The translations under genes were made by a program, and so were the position numbers. The notes below the pieces were generated by a model. That model did not search any database, was not told the DNA's origin, and saw nothing but the letters and a program-made list of their open reading frames with translations. Below are positions 14,074 through 27,363 of a stretch of DNA of 63,745 nucleotides, piece after piece. Source of the DNA: Octopus bimaculoides (lineage: Eukaryota); assembly GCF_001194135.2 (NCBI RefSeq), contig NC_068990.1, positions 12,093,297 to 12,157,041 of the forward strand. The letters are read 5' to 3'. Each line of letters opens with the position of its first letter. Position 1 is the stretch's first letter.

Positions 14074-14489
14074 TATATATATACACATATATATATGTGT
14101 GTGTGTGTGTGTGTGTATATGTATATATATATGCATCTGTCTCTATGTATGTCTGTATATACATATGTGTCTATATGTGTGTGTGTGATTGTATGTCATA
14201 AAACAAATTTGATTCCACATCTATTTGTCTTGGGATTATTTTCTCTGCTATAAATACCATGTGCTACTCCCAAGAAATACTAATATTATATGTGAGCGTA
14301 TTAATGATGTAGTACAAGGATATGTGTTATATTTCTCACAGTCTTCTATCTATTTTGGTACACTTCCATGAAATATTTGCTTCCAGTCTCTTATTTTCTG
14401 GAGAAACTTAAATTAGTGAGAAGTTTTAAAGTACAATGTTCGAATATATGCAAAGGATACTAAATACCTCTTTATTGTTGTTTGTGTTG

Positions 14490-14796
14490 CTGCTACTGAT
14501 GATGATGAGGATGATAGGTATGATGAGGATGGTGGGGATGGTGGTGGTGGTGGTGGTGGTGGTGGTGGTTGATGAGGTGTTGGTGATGATGATGAGGAGG
14601 ATGGTAATGATGACGATGACGAGAACAGTGGAAGTAGTGGTGTTGGTGGTGGTGACGATGATGATGATGATGGCAGTGGTGGTGGTGGAGATGATGATGC
14701 TGATTTGGATGCTGCTGTGTTGATGATGACGATGCCGATGATGGTGATGATGGTGGTGATGATGATGATGATGATGATGATGATGAGGATGATGAG

Positions 14797-14829
<33 letters not shown>

Positions 14830-14960
14830 GATAGTGGTGGTGGTGGTGGTGGTGACAGTGATGATAAAGATGATGATAATGATGATGATTGTGATGATGA
14901 TGATGGTGGTGACAATGATGATAAAGATGGTGGTAATGATGATGATGATGATGATGCTGG
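14490..14960. repeat. Compound (GAT)/(GGT) trinucleotide array
   Basis: Direct reading; it is the source of the poly-His/Met/Val shadow ORFs. Similar arrays at 16750-16870 and 48173-48360. Confidence 0.95.
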
Positions 14961-15596
14961 AGGGTAATGATCAAGGTGATTATTATTATGCTGGTGCTTA
15001 GTCCTCAGATTAACCCTGACTGATCAGACCACTAAAACCAAATCATGACTCACCTATTCAATTAATAAGTATTCCATAAATAGGGCATGTTGGGTTTTCC
15101 CTTTTCTCATTTCCCTTCAGCTTGCAATCCTTGGCATCCTTCTGTTTTAAGAGGCAGTGGGGTCTAACACCCCTAGGTAAAGTTACCTCCACAAGTCATG
15201 CCAACTAATAAGGGCCAGTTCCCCAGATTCACAGTACATAAATTTCCCACATGGACAAGACACCAGTCTGTCACAGGATTACTCGTTTTTGCTCTCTGAG
15301 TTGACTGGAATAACATGAAATGAAGAGTTTTGCTCAAGAAGACAACAAATTACTTAGTTCAGGAATCGAAACTACAATCTAACGATCATTAGTCCAACAC
15401 CCTAACCACTAAGTCACATGCCTGCGCCAGTTTTACACCACTGGCCAATCAAGATCTGATTTACTGCTCAGCATTAGAGGTAACCCCCTCTTTAACTGTT
15501 GCTGCAGCTTTTCATAATGGCACTATAGTAACAAGGGCACAAACTTGAGCTGACTGTATGGAGATCCTGGGTGGCTCAGATGGCTCAGATATAATA

Positions 15597-15757
15597 CAGT
15601 AATCCCTCAACTATCACAGGTGTTACATTCCATACCCTGCTGCAAAAGGTGAAAATTCACAAAGTAGAAAGTGTACTGTACTGTATATTTTTTTAAATCA
15701 TTTTTATAATTCGTGTACATTTTCTGGTGCAAATGGTTTTTCATACGGTGCCATTTT
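15597..15757 (+). mobile_element. pogo/Tigger-like left terminus, no matching right end found
   Basis: TA-CAGTAATCCCTCAACTATCACAGG resembles pogo/Tigger termini. It abuts the 15758-16022 palindrome. Confidence 0.5.
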
Positions 15758-16022
15758 TACAATCCTGTAAATAAGAATAATGGTATCTTTATATAAGCTT
15801 AAAGCTTATGGTAATCTCCATGCAATGACTAAGAAAAATAGTCTAATGAAGGGGCATATAAGCCCTCAACAGAAAAAAGAAGGCTTTCCTATCTAGCCTT
15901 CTTTTTTCTGTCGAGGGCTTATATGCCCCTTTATTAGACTATTTTCCTTAGTCATTGCATGGTGAACAACATAAGTTTTAAGCTTATATAAAGATACCAT
16001 AATTATTATTTACAGGATTGTA
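15758..16022. repeat. Long inverted repeat (128-bp arms, 9-nt loop)
   Basis: Arms 15758-15885 and 15895-16022. About 10 substitutions and no indels by manual alignment. Confidence 0.97.
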
Positions 16023-17618
16023 TATATTTATTTTATTATAAATGCAAAACAACAGCACAAAGGAATTGACGTAGGCTTAAATGATAAACCACAATAGGCA
16101 AACTGCGATAGGTGAACCACAATATGGCAAGCGATTACTCTACACTACTTCCAGCCCCACTATTTTGGTCCAAAGATGTGCAGAACAATACATCTGGGAC
16201 GGGTTCCACTGCAGAAGTTGCTAGAAGACTATCAGGTCAAAAACCAGACCACAATAGGAACACTAGTCGGGAGGTTTAATCTCCAACCATTTTCTTAAGA
16301 AGCAGCAAGGGTATCTATTCATAGGTGTGGATCCGTAATTCTTTACAATTGTCCATACCAAGCACTGTCTACTGGAACTATTTCAATCCGGAACTCGTGT
16401 TATTAACAGATATAGAGTTAAGGGAAATTCACAACAAAGCATGACCGAAATTTGGTTTGGATTCTTAATTGTAACCCAATTCACTTCACTGGTGGTACAA
16501 GCTCTTATTGGTTAAGCCATGCCTATGAGAACATTCTAGTTGTTGTTTTATATTTGAAGAAGATGTAGCTATGTAATATATATGTATATATATTTTTTTT
16601 CTTTTTTATAGCCATGTTTTCAGTGATAACTGAACTATCGTAGAATAGCATAGATAATATCAAGATAGTGTTATGATAATATTCAGATATGATAAAAGTA
16701 TTTTCTGAATGATTCGGCTGATATCTTTTGTAGGGTACTATAAACATTACTACTACTACTACTACTACTACTACTACCATCATCACCACTCCCACCAGCA
16801 CAATCACTACCACTCCTAAAACCACCACCACCACCACCACCACCACCATTGCCACCTTCACCACCGCTGCTATTCTTATACTCTCTGTTAGTGATGCAAA
16901 TTTTTTGTGGGGGTTTTTCTTCAAGTGAAATTATCGCATTCTCTTTTCCACCCCCTTTAAATTAAAACCTTACCCTTCTACAAACATCAATACCATGCAA
17001 CCACAAAGAAATAAACCTATATATCACACAAAATTTTCTTCAGCTCAAAAGAATTTTTTCTTTGCTCAAAGAATCTTGAAGCTAGATAAATGCATTTTTT
17101 CCAGATTTTTAAATCTCATTTTGTTCACTTAACACTTCCTGTTTTTGTTATTTCTGTTCAGTTTTGCAACAGGAGATCATTAATTTTTCATTGCATGTCC
17201 ATAGTTTTTTAACTTCTCAAATCTGTTTATTTATAATTCAACTTGGCTTAATCTTTCATTGGACAAATCAAAATCTCTTGAGTCATTTTCTATACCACCA
17301 CCACCTTCATTTTCCTACATTCCAAATCCAATTTATCCAACCAGATGATGTGTGTGTGTGTGTGCATGTGTGTATCTATGTATGTATATATATGCATATA
17401 TATGTATGTATATATATATACATACATATATTTATATATGTATGTTTGTATATCTATGTGTATATATATATATGCATATGTATATGTATATCTATCTGTC
17501 TATCTATATATATATGTTTTTGTATGTTGTATATCTATGTATGTATGCATGTATGTTTGTATGTGTGTATGTATATCTGTGCATGTATATATGTACACAT
17601 ACATGCGTGTATATATAC

Positions 17619-17655
<37 letters not shown>

Positions 17656-20600
17656 CTTTTGTTATTTACACCACCTGTNNNNNNNNNNATATACATACAC
17701 ACACACACATATATATATATATCCATGTATATACTGTCTCTGTATTTACGAAGTTTGCTTTTTTTTCCCCTTTCATTGATTGAGTATGCAACTGTGGTGT
17801 CTCAGAAAAATTACTGAATTTAGGAGATTAAATTTGCTTTTTATCACTGATTACTTAATAAATGATTTACATCTATATATTCTTAGAAAAAAATATTTTT
17901 GGATTGTATTGACTACCAAGATTAACACTATGCTGAACAACTTCCAAAGATACCCACTCCCAATTACCAAGTCCCCTGTCCCTAATCAGCAAGTCACTCG
18001 CTCCCATTTAGCAAGTTACCCACCACTATTCAACAGGTCGTAATTTGGAGACATGGTTGTGTAGCTAATAATTTGTCCTATAACCACATATTTTTGGGTT
18101 CAGTTCCAAAAGTATTTGCTTCTATTGGTCTTGACCAGCCAATACCTTGTGCCAGAGGCATGTAAAAATCACTGGTACTGGTGCTATATGTAAAGGACTG
18201 GTGCTGGTGCCATGTAGAAAACAATGGTGCTGGTGCCATGTGAAATGCACCAATGATGGTGCCATGTATAAAAGCACTGTTGCTGGTGTCAGGCAAATAG
18301 CATCCTGTACTCTCTGTAAAGTGGATGGCATAAAACTAAGACAATGAAGTTTAGTGCTGCTTCTGGCCTTGCCAACTCCTGTTAAACTGTCCGACCCATG
18401 CCGGCATGAAAAACAGACGTTAAATTATGATGATGGTGGTGGTGGGGGTGGTGGGGGAACTATAGAATTCCATTGTGTATACACATGTGTGAGTCTGTGT
18501 GTGAGTCTTTGAGTTTGCATCCCCACCCACCCCCAAGCTTTTGACTGGTGGTGTTGGTTTGTTTACTTTTCCATAAGTTTGTGGTTCAACAAAAAGAGCC
18601 AGATAAGATAAGTCCTAGTCTTAAAATCAGTACTGGGGTGGATTTTATTTCAACCAAAACCTTTCACACTCGTGCTCCAGTGTGGCCACAACAGTCCAGT
18701 GACTGAAATAAGTGAAACAAAAATGCACACACACACACACACACACACACACAACATACGCATATTTGATGGACTTCTTCACAGTTACAGTCTGTTGGAA
18801 TTCACTCAACAAGTCTTTGATCAATCTGAAACTGTGGTAGAAAACTTTTGCCCCAAATTCTATTTAATGGAATCAGACTGGGATCCCTTCATTACATAAC
18901 AAACTCCTTTATCACATGACCATGGTACACCTTTTAATCTAGATCAATTTTAATTCCGTTGAAAATACCAATATAACTAGTCCCTCAATCATCACCTGGT
19001 ATTAAGCCACCTCTCTCAGTTAAGCGGTTCTTGTCTTACAAGCTGATGACCTTACTAGTGCTGGTAACGTGTAAAAAACATCCAATACACTTTGTTAAGT
19101 GATTGGCATCAAGAAGGGTTTCCAGATAGTAGTGCTAGCTATGCAGTCCCCTAGCTTGCCATTACATGTCAAACCATCCAACCCATGCCAGCATAGAAAA
19201 TGGATGTTAAATGACGATAAAAAAGGGTCTTGCCTTGAAAGTTACTTGGCGACCTCACTTGAGCCAGAGGTATGTAAAATTCCCCTAGTTGACATTATGA
19301 AGGGCATCCAGCTGTAGAAACCATGCAAATGTTCTCATTGTAGTTCGGTGCAATCTTCTAGCTCACGAGCTCTTGTCAAACCATCAGCGTATGCCATGGA
19401 AAACAAACATTAAATGATGATGATGATGATGATAATGATGATGATGAGGAGGAGGAGGAGGAACTAGTATGGATAGAACTTGTTTCAAGTAGAAGGCATC
19501 TAGAGTGGTTTATCTAACCAGATCTTGATCTAATATATTTATCTAAAGCATTTTTATACTTCTAATCTCTGAGATCACAGTTAGTATTTTTATCTATTTT
19601 AATCAAAATAATAAGAGGGAAATATAAAATAAATAACAATTAAAAAAAAAACAGAATTATCTGATCTTATGAGGTGGAAATTTCAGAATATAAACAAATT
19701 ATATACGTCAATGGTAGAAATAAACAGAATCATTTTGAAAGTTTATTTTAAATGGATCCTAGTTTCTTAGGCAAACCTTAAACTTCTGCTACTGCAGATG
19801 TGCTAGGAATTAAATGTATTGCAATGCAATGTCAGGAACAGATTTACAGCAAGATGGTTTTTCTGTTTACAGGAATATCTAAACATTTATTTCTTGTGTT
19901 TAAAAGAACTTAGAGCAAATGTATATGGCAAGATAGCAGCAAGATTTACCTGTATTTCTTCTANNNNNNNNNNNNNNNNNNNNNNNNNNNNNNNNNNNNN
20001 NNNNNNNNNNNNNNNNNNNNNNNNNNNNNNNNNNNNNNNNNNNNNNNNNNNNNNNNNNNNNNNNNNNNNNNNNNNNNNNNNNNNNNNNNNNNNNNNNNNN
20101 NNNNNNNNNNNNNNNNNNNNNNNNNNNNNNNNNNNNNNNNNNNNNNNNNNNNNNNNNNNNNNNNNNNNNNNNNNNNNNNNNNNNNNNNNNNNNNNNNNNN
20201 NNNNNNNNNNNNNNNNNNNNNNNNNNNNNNNNNNNNNNNNNNNNNNNNNNNNNNNNNNNNNNNNNNNNNNNNNNNNNNNNNNNNNNNNNNNNNNNNNNNN
20301 NNNNNNNNNNNNNNNNNNNNNNNNNNNNNNNNNNNNNNNNNNNNNNNNNNNNNNNNNNNNNNNNNNNNNNNNNNNNNNNNNNNNNNNNNNNNNNNNNNNN
20401 NNNNNNNNNNNNNNNNNNNNNNNNNNNNNNNNNNNNNNNNNNNNNNNNNNNNNNNNNNNNNNNNNNNNNNNNNNNNNNNNNNNNNNNNNNNNNNNNNNNN
20501 NNNNNNCAAAATAACAAAAATGGGAGACATGAACATATAAATTAAACTCTGAGAGAAAGTAATTTTCAAATGTCAGTTTTTATTTTCTTAATTTAATTTT

Positions 20601-21714
20601 TCTTTTACTTTTTATGATTAGTTGCTGTAAACAGTAAACTTCTGCTACTGCAGATGTGCTAGGAATTAAATGTATTGCAATGCAATGTCAGGAACAGATT
20701 TACAGCAAGATGGTTTTTCTGTTTACAGGAATATCTAAACATTTATTTCTTGTGTTTAAAAGAACTTAGAGCAAATGTATATGGCAAGATAGCAGCAAGA
20801 TTTACCTGTATTTCTTCTGTCAATGATCAGTTTATTCTAGCAGAGAATGCTTCCATAATCAACTGATTCCAGCTGAACGTTATTAGTATGAATTGTTTAT
20901 AGCACCATTCTGATGCAATCCTGTTTATCAGGAATTGGTGGGTACACTAAATGTAACTGACAAAGTCAAAATGTGTATCGTGGAAGATTCAAATATTAAG
21001 AGATGAGAGAATATGAAGCAAATTGATTTTAGCATATCACAATCAACCCATTTGACAAGTTATGCTCTTTCAAAGTGCATGCTGTGATTATAAATCATTG
21101 AAAACAGATTAGATATTAAACTTCCTACGATTGTATACTAACCACAGGAGTTTGGTTTAATGTTGAAATTAATGGAGTTTTACAATGACATAGCTGTATG
21201 CTCTATATAAAATATGAAGCCGGAATGTAGAAAGCTGTTGTATCTAATGACAAAGAGTGTATTTACAAGAGGAATCAGGTTCTGTACCACTTACCAGATG
21301 AAGAATTAGCTTGTAACCAGACAGTTAGTGTTTTCGCATGATATCACTCTATTTCTAGTTTCCCTGAAAATATTGGACAAGAATGGAAAATGGTGAAAAC
21401 AAAAGTAATGTCCCCAGTGTATGTTGAACAGTAATTTAGAATGAAGAGATTAACAAGCATTGCAAAATAAAGTTCCTTATGCTCTAACTATATACTATAT
21501 TTCATTTATACCATGCCTGCTTTCTGTTCACAATTCCAGTTATTTCACTTTTATCATGAAATGACTTAACACAATTTAATTTATTTTCCTTTACGTAAAT
21601 AGACAGTCGCATACACACACACACACACACACACATACACACACATATATGTTCAAATATGAAATAGAAGCAGTGCTAGTGTAATAATCATTATCAAACA
21701 CACACTTAACATAC

Positions 21715-21772
21715 ATGGTTGGTGTCATAACACCCAGCATTTTGAGAGAGTATCTCCACCACAATTCGCAGC
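21715..21772 (-). CDS. Candidate 58-nt internal exon, open in two frames (CELWWRYSLKMLGVMTPT or LRIVVEILSQNAGCYDTNH)
   Basis: Acceptor atttctgcatatttgctggtag|GCT, donor AACCAT|GTATGT. The phase 1-2 reading links the 45832 exon to the 5541 acceptor. Confidence 0.45.
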
Positions 21773-21952
21773 CTACCAGCAAATATGCAGAAATAATATA
21801 TTAGGTTTGTGTGGTCGATAATGAGAAACGAAAATATAAAAAACAAACTTTTTCAAACAATGAAAAAAACAAACAGAGAAACAAGACATGCAACATAAAG
21901 CGTATATTCCTTCGTCAATTGTTCCTGTTTCGTCTACTCTGCGTTTCAAAGG

Positions 21953-22017
<65 letters not shown>

Positions 22018-22266
22018 TAAGAGAGAGAAACTGAAAGATAGATATGGATATTATGGAGAAATAACTGGAAACAAATGCATGTTTGTTTGTTTGTTTTTTT
22101 ACAGTTACTTCAATTTGAGAGGTTCTGTAATCAATGATCAATAATCAATAAGTAATTATAAATTATAATAAATTAGATTGATCCTTGATTGCATCATCAG
22201 AGGTCTTGTTGAAATATAGATATAATACATAGTATATTATATAATATAGTATAATATATAATAACA

Positions 22267-22655
22267 GGGGCAGGAGTGGCTTACCAACCACACGGTTCTG
22301 GGTTCGGTCCCATTGCATGACACCTTGGGCAAGTGTCTTTTACTATAGCCTTGGGCCGACCAAAGCCTTGTGAGTGGATTTGGTAGATGGCAACTGAAAG
22401 AAGCCTGTTGTATATATATATTTATTTATATATGTATGTATGTATGTTTGTGTGTCTGTTTGTCACCCCAACATCGCTTGACAACTAATGCTGGTGCGTT
22501 TATATCCCTGTAACTTAGCAGTTCAGCAAAAGAGATCCGTTAGAATAAGTACTAGGCTTACAAAGAATAAGTCCTGGGGTCGATTTGCTTGGCTAAAGGC
22601 AGTGCTCCGGGCATGGCCGCAGTCAAATGACTGAAACAAATAAAAGAATAAGAAT
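22267..22655 (+). mobile_element. SINE family A, full length
   Basis: gggcaggagtggc...gactgaaacaaataaaag. Confidence 0.9.
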
Positions 22656-23085
22656 AGTTTGTGGGTGTGTATATGTAAATACAATGAACTTCTTTCGGTC
22701 TTTGTCCACAAAATCCCTTCACAAGTCGCTTGTTGGCCCAGGACTATTGTAGCTATTATAGGCGATGCTTACCCAAAATGCCACACATTGCAACTGAACC
22801 TGAAACCAGATGGTTGCCAAGAGAACATGCTAACCACACATCCATGCTTGCACCCCGATCAGGCTTTCTAAATTTGCCAGATAAGTGTATGTGAGATGAG
22901 AGGGCTTGTACCAAAGGCATCTATAGTTAATTAATTCATTTCATCAAAGCTAAATCCATTATTCTAATTTTATTCTGCACTGGTACTAACAACCGAAAGA
23001 GAAATCAAACATTAAAAAAAAAAATTAATTAAAAAATGTATATACATATATATATAATATACATATATGTGAATATCTATCTACA

Positions 23086-23137
<52 letters not shown>

Positions 23138-23751
23138 NNNNNNNNNNNNNNNNNNNNNNNNNNNNNNNNNNNNNNNNNNNNNNNNNNNNNNNNNNNNNNN
23201 NNNNNNNNNNNNNNNNNNNNNNNNNNNNNNNNNNNNNNNNNNNNNNNNNNNNNNNNNNNNNNNNNNNNNNNNNNNNNNNNNNNNNNNNNNNNNNNNNNNN
23301 NNNNNNNNNNNNNNNNNNNNNNNNNNNNNNGAAAATTTAATATGGAAACTGTTAAGATTTAATGACATGTGATTAGTGCAATTGACCAATTGGAATACTT
23401 TGTATGAAAATAAGTAGCACAGGTTGACGAGATGAAAGGATAATTAAATAAGTTAAGAGCTGCTTCCAATCAGAATATTAGTTTTAAACACAATTTAAGC
23501 AAATGAGCAAAGATGTTTTCACTATAAATAAATAATAAACAAATATTTAAAAAATAGGAATTTAAATAAATAAATAAAAACATTAAAGGAAAAATAATGC
23601 TAAAAGAAAAAAAAAAGAAAGTAGGAAAAATTTTAAATCAAAAGGTTTATGATGAAATATCAAAGAAATTGCTTGTTGCTTTTTACATCAAACAAATAAT
23701 TGAAATTTTAAATCCTATTGTGTCGCTAGAGTATGTTCTCTCTTATTCTCT

Positions 23752-23847
23752 TCTGCTTCTTCTTCTTCTTCTTCTTCTCCACTACCGTTGCCACCACCAC
23801 CACCACCATCACCATTGCCGCCACCACCACAACTGCTGCTGCTGCTG

Positions 23848-23892
<45 letters not shown>

Positions 23893-23945
23893 ACAACAAC
23901 AAAAACAACAACAACAACAATAATAATGATAATAATAATAATAAT
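23752..23945. repeat. Compound trinucleotide array (CTT)(CAC)(CTG)(CTA)(CAA)(TAA)
   Basis: Direct reading. Confidence 0.95.
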
Positions 23946-24565
23946 GGTCTCGAATTTTGGCACAAGGCCAGCAATTTCGGTGGAGGGGATTAGTTGATTA
24001 AATTGACACGAGTATTTAACTGGTACTTATTTTGTTGACCTCAAAAGGATGAAAGGCGTCATTGACCTTGGCAGAATTTGAACTCAGAACTCAAAGACAG
24101 ATGAAATGCTGCTAAGCATTTTGCTCATTGTGTTAATATTTCTGCCAGCTTGCTGTCTTTAATGCTCACTGAAATAGAGGTTTCAACTTTTGGAACAAGG
24201 CCAGCAATTTCATGGCAGGGATAAATCAATTACATTGACCCCAGCACACCAACTCAGCTCAAAGTCAACTTCAGTGGAATTTGAAATCAGAATGTAAAGA
24301 CATGCTAACATTTCTGCCAGGTCACCACCATTTTTGTTGCCATAATATTGGTTTCAAATTTTCGGCATAACACCGGCTATTTTGGAGAAGGAGCAAGTCA
24401 ATTAAAATCGACCCCAGTATTCAACTGGCATTTATTTTATTGAACTTGAAAGGATGAAGGGCCAAGGTGACCTCAGCAGAATTAGAACTCATAATGTAAA
24501 GACAGATAAAATACAGCTAAGCATTTGGCCCTGTGTGTTAACAATTCTCCCAGTTCACCATGTTA
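23945..24565 (-). mobile_element. Three head-to-tail family D SINE copies
   Basis: Repeated block aattttggcacaaggcc...gaccccag...aaggatgaa...aatttgaactcagaa...ttctgccag at about 23945, 24180 and 24350. Confidence 0.75.
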
Positions 24566-25020
24566 ATGCTTGCTGTAATAATTATTTATCAGAATAGCAA
24601 CTGGCAATTGGCCACAAATTTGTTAGAGTTTGTAGTCAATTGTTTCACTACAAGAATAACTGGTATCTCTGTTCTGTAGACCAAATAAAAATGAAAGACA
24701 TTTCTCCATGAATCAATAGGATTTTAGTCCAGAATATTAAAGGAATGAACTAATTAAACAATCTATTTAATCCAGCTGGGGTTCAATTAATTGTATCTTC
24801 TACCACTAACATGTTTGTGACCGTAATAAAAATATTTCTGGCTGTGAGGCTAAAAAGCTCACTTTGCAACCACGTAGTTTCACATTCAACCCCACTGTGC
24901 TACACCTCGGGCAAGTGTCTCCTATTATAGCTCAGTCTGACAAACGTCTTGTGACAGAGAATTTGGTTGACAAACACTGAATCATGTGCACATATGTAGG
25001 TGTGTGCATGTCCATCTACA

Positions 25021-25061
<41 letters not shown>

Positions 25062-25289
25062 GTATGTATATACATGTGTATATGTATGTATATATATATA
25101 TATATNNNNNNNNNNNNNNNNNNNNNNNNNNNNNNNNNNNNNNNNNNNNNNNNNNNNNNNNTATATATATGTACATACATATATATATATATGTATAATG
25201 GTTCAACATTTCATCATGTTGAACACATCCCTACACATTTTTCTCTTTCTCTGTTCTCTTTCATTCTCTCTCCATTTTTCCTTCTTAAT

Positions 25290-25327
25290 TCTTTCTGCTG
25301 AAGAGCATAGGCTCAAAATATAAAATA
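25290..25327 (+). ncRNA. Decayed type I hammerhead-like motif in a Penelope-type terminal repeat (likely inactive)
   Basis: tcttt-CTGCTGA-a-GAGC atag GCTC-AAAA-tata-aaata. Helix II is intact. The core deviates from CUGANGA and GAAAC-GUH. Confidence 0.4.
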
Positions 25328-25518
25328 CTTTTCCATTGTTGCCAAGCATTAAACAAATACACCTCCTTGTTGTTCTTGCACCTGTCTTTGTCTTTTGTTT
25401 TCTGTAAATTTTAACTATATATATATAGATATCGATATAGATATAGATATATTATATACCTGTAATATATACTATTACTATTGATATACTATATATGTAT
25501 ATATAAATTCAAGTATAG

Positions 25519-25557
<39 letters not shown>

Positions 25558-26420
25558 CGCCTATGCATGTGTGTATGCCTTCTGTGTTTGTCTCCAGTGT
25601 TGGTTTGTTTACTTTCCCATACTTTATTGGTTCAGCAAAAGTCACCAGTTGAATAAAACCTTCAAAAAATACTTTAAAAATAACCAAAAGTACTGGGGTT
25701 TGATTTGTTCAACATAACCGTTCAAGGAGGTGCCCCAGTATGGCCACAGTCTAATGACTAGAACAAGTAAAACATGAAAGGTTACATAGACACAGGAGCT
25801 ATCAATCTTTTAGTGTGGAACCTGGATAATGTTAAATGAAACAGGTTACTTTATTGCCTTGCTGATTTAGGTTGTTAATTCTTAGAAGGATGAAAGGGCA
25901 TAGATTGAGGCTTGTCTACCATGAAATTTGAACTCAGTACCAGAAGGCTGAAATAAATGAGAATGATAAACTGTTGCTTAAGTGATTGTAACACAAGTAT
26001 TAAGTTGAAAACACTTAACGGCTGTTATTTTCCATGTTTGAAGTTAACAGGAAGATTATAAACTAATCTTGCTGCTAGAGGGTAAACTCTCTGAGTAAAT
26101 TACTTTGTTACTGGAGCTGCGGAAAGAGGAGTAACAGGAATCAGAGGGAGATATTGTTAGACATTAAAGAAAGAAAGAAAAGAGGAGAAGATTGAGAGAA
26201 TAACAGTGACGGAAGAGAGAGAGAGAGGGACATAGAACAAAATGAAATGTGATATATAATGATACTTACATAGCGTCTAGTAGAAAATATATATAGAGAG
26301 AGGAAAAGACAAATGAATGCTTCCAGGAAAGAAAGAAGATAAAAATTAAGATAAAAATTAAGATGTAATTTACCTGGAGAATAACTGTCTCACTCTATCA
26401 CTATTCATATACATACGTAT

Positions 26421-26454
<34 letters not shown>

Positions 26455-26503
26455 ATTTATATATATATAAATATATATATGTGTGTATATATATACATAC
26501 ATG

Positions 26504-27363
26504 CAGGGTACAGTGAATAAACTGTCTTCTAAATTACGCAAAAATGAAAATAACACTGACATCTCATTTTCACAGATATATTTACCAAAATTACATAAAA
26601 ATATCTTGAAATACTAAAGAGTAAATTTATTCAATGAAATCGCCATTGGCTTCAACTATGGCTTCCAGATGACTTTGGAATCTCCTGTAACTCTTCTGGA
26701 TGGTCTCCTTGATGAAAGCTGCCATAATCTTTGCCTTCAGTTCATCTTTGGTATTACAAGGAGTTTTGTTGGTCTCTTGTTCAGCTGCACCCCACACATA
26801 ATAATCAAGGGGATTGCAGTCTGGGGAGTTAGGTGGCCAGATGTTTGGGATGATGTGGTCGCAGAAATTGTCAGCCGTGACTGTGTTCTCCTGCTTGTAT
26901 GGCATAGTGCAGAGTACTGTTGCCAGACATAGGGTCTACCAGCAGCCACACACTTGACCCAGGGCAGCACTACCTCCTCCAGGCACTTGATGTAGACCTC
27001 CGTGTTGAGTCTGAAGCTGTGTGAGAAGATGAATGGAGGCATAACATTGCCATCACTTGTGGTCACTCCAAACACCATGATATTCACTGGATGTTTGACT
27101 TTTATAACTCTCAGTACATGTCCTCAGATTGACACCCAAACACTCTGAAATGTTCGTATTGGAGCTTCTGGTGTGAATGTCAAGCAGTACAGCATGTCAT
27201 TTCCAAATTTCTGGCAGAGTGAATTGCCTCTTGGTGGTGTTTTTCTCACAAACAGTGTCCAACTGACCCTACTATACTGTGTAGTTGACAAAATCAAAAA
27301 CAAACAATGCTCAAGTGTGAAATTAAAAATATAAAACAGTGACAATTTACCCATCGCACCCTG
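26504..27363 (-). mobile_element. Internally deleted Tc1/mariner transposon, DD37D (maT)-like
   Basis: Degenerate TIRs CAGGGTACAGTGAATAAACTGTC and CAGGGTGCGATGGGTAAATTGTC. Frameshifted transposase: IMVFGV...YIKCLEEVVLPWV...YVWQQ(Y for D)SA...WPPNSPDCNPLDYYVWG...AIVEANGDFIE*. Second-to-third D spacing is about 37 once the frameshift is repaired. Confidence 0.92.

Noticed and set aside
14426-15001. Poly-His, poly-Met and poly-Val ORFs
   Set aside because: Translations of a (GAT)/(GGT) array, with no splice or homology support.
16081-16520. Unique GC-richer block with 47-51 aa ORFs
   Set aside because: All frames close early, with no motif and no convincing splice pair.
19779-20818. 184-bp direct repeat (19779-19962 and 20635-20818)
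   Set aside because: The copies are identical and flank a gap; probably an unmerged contig overlap.
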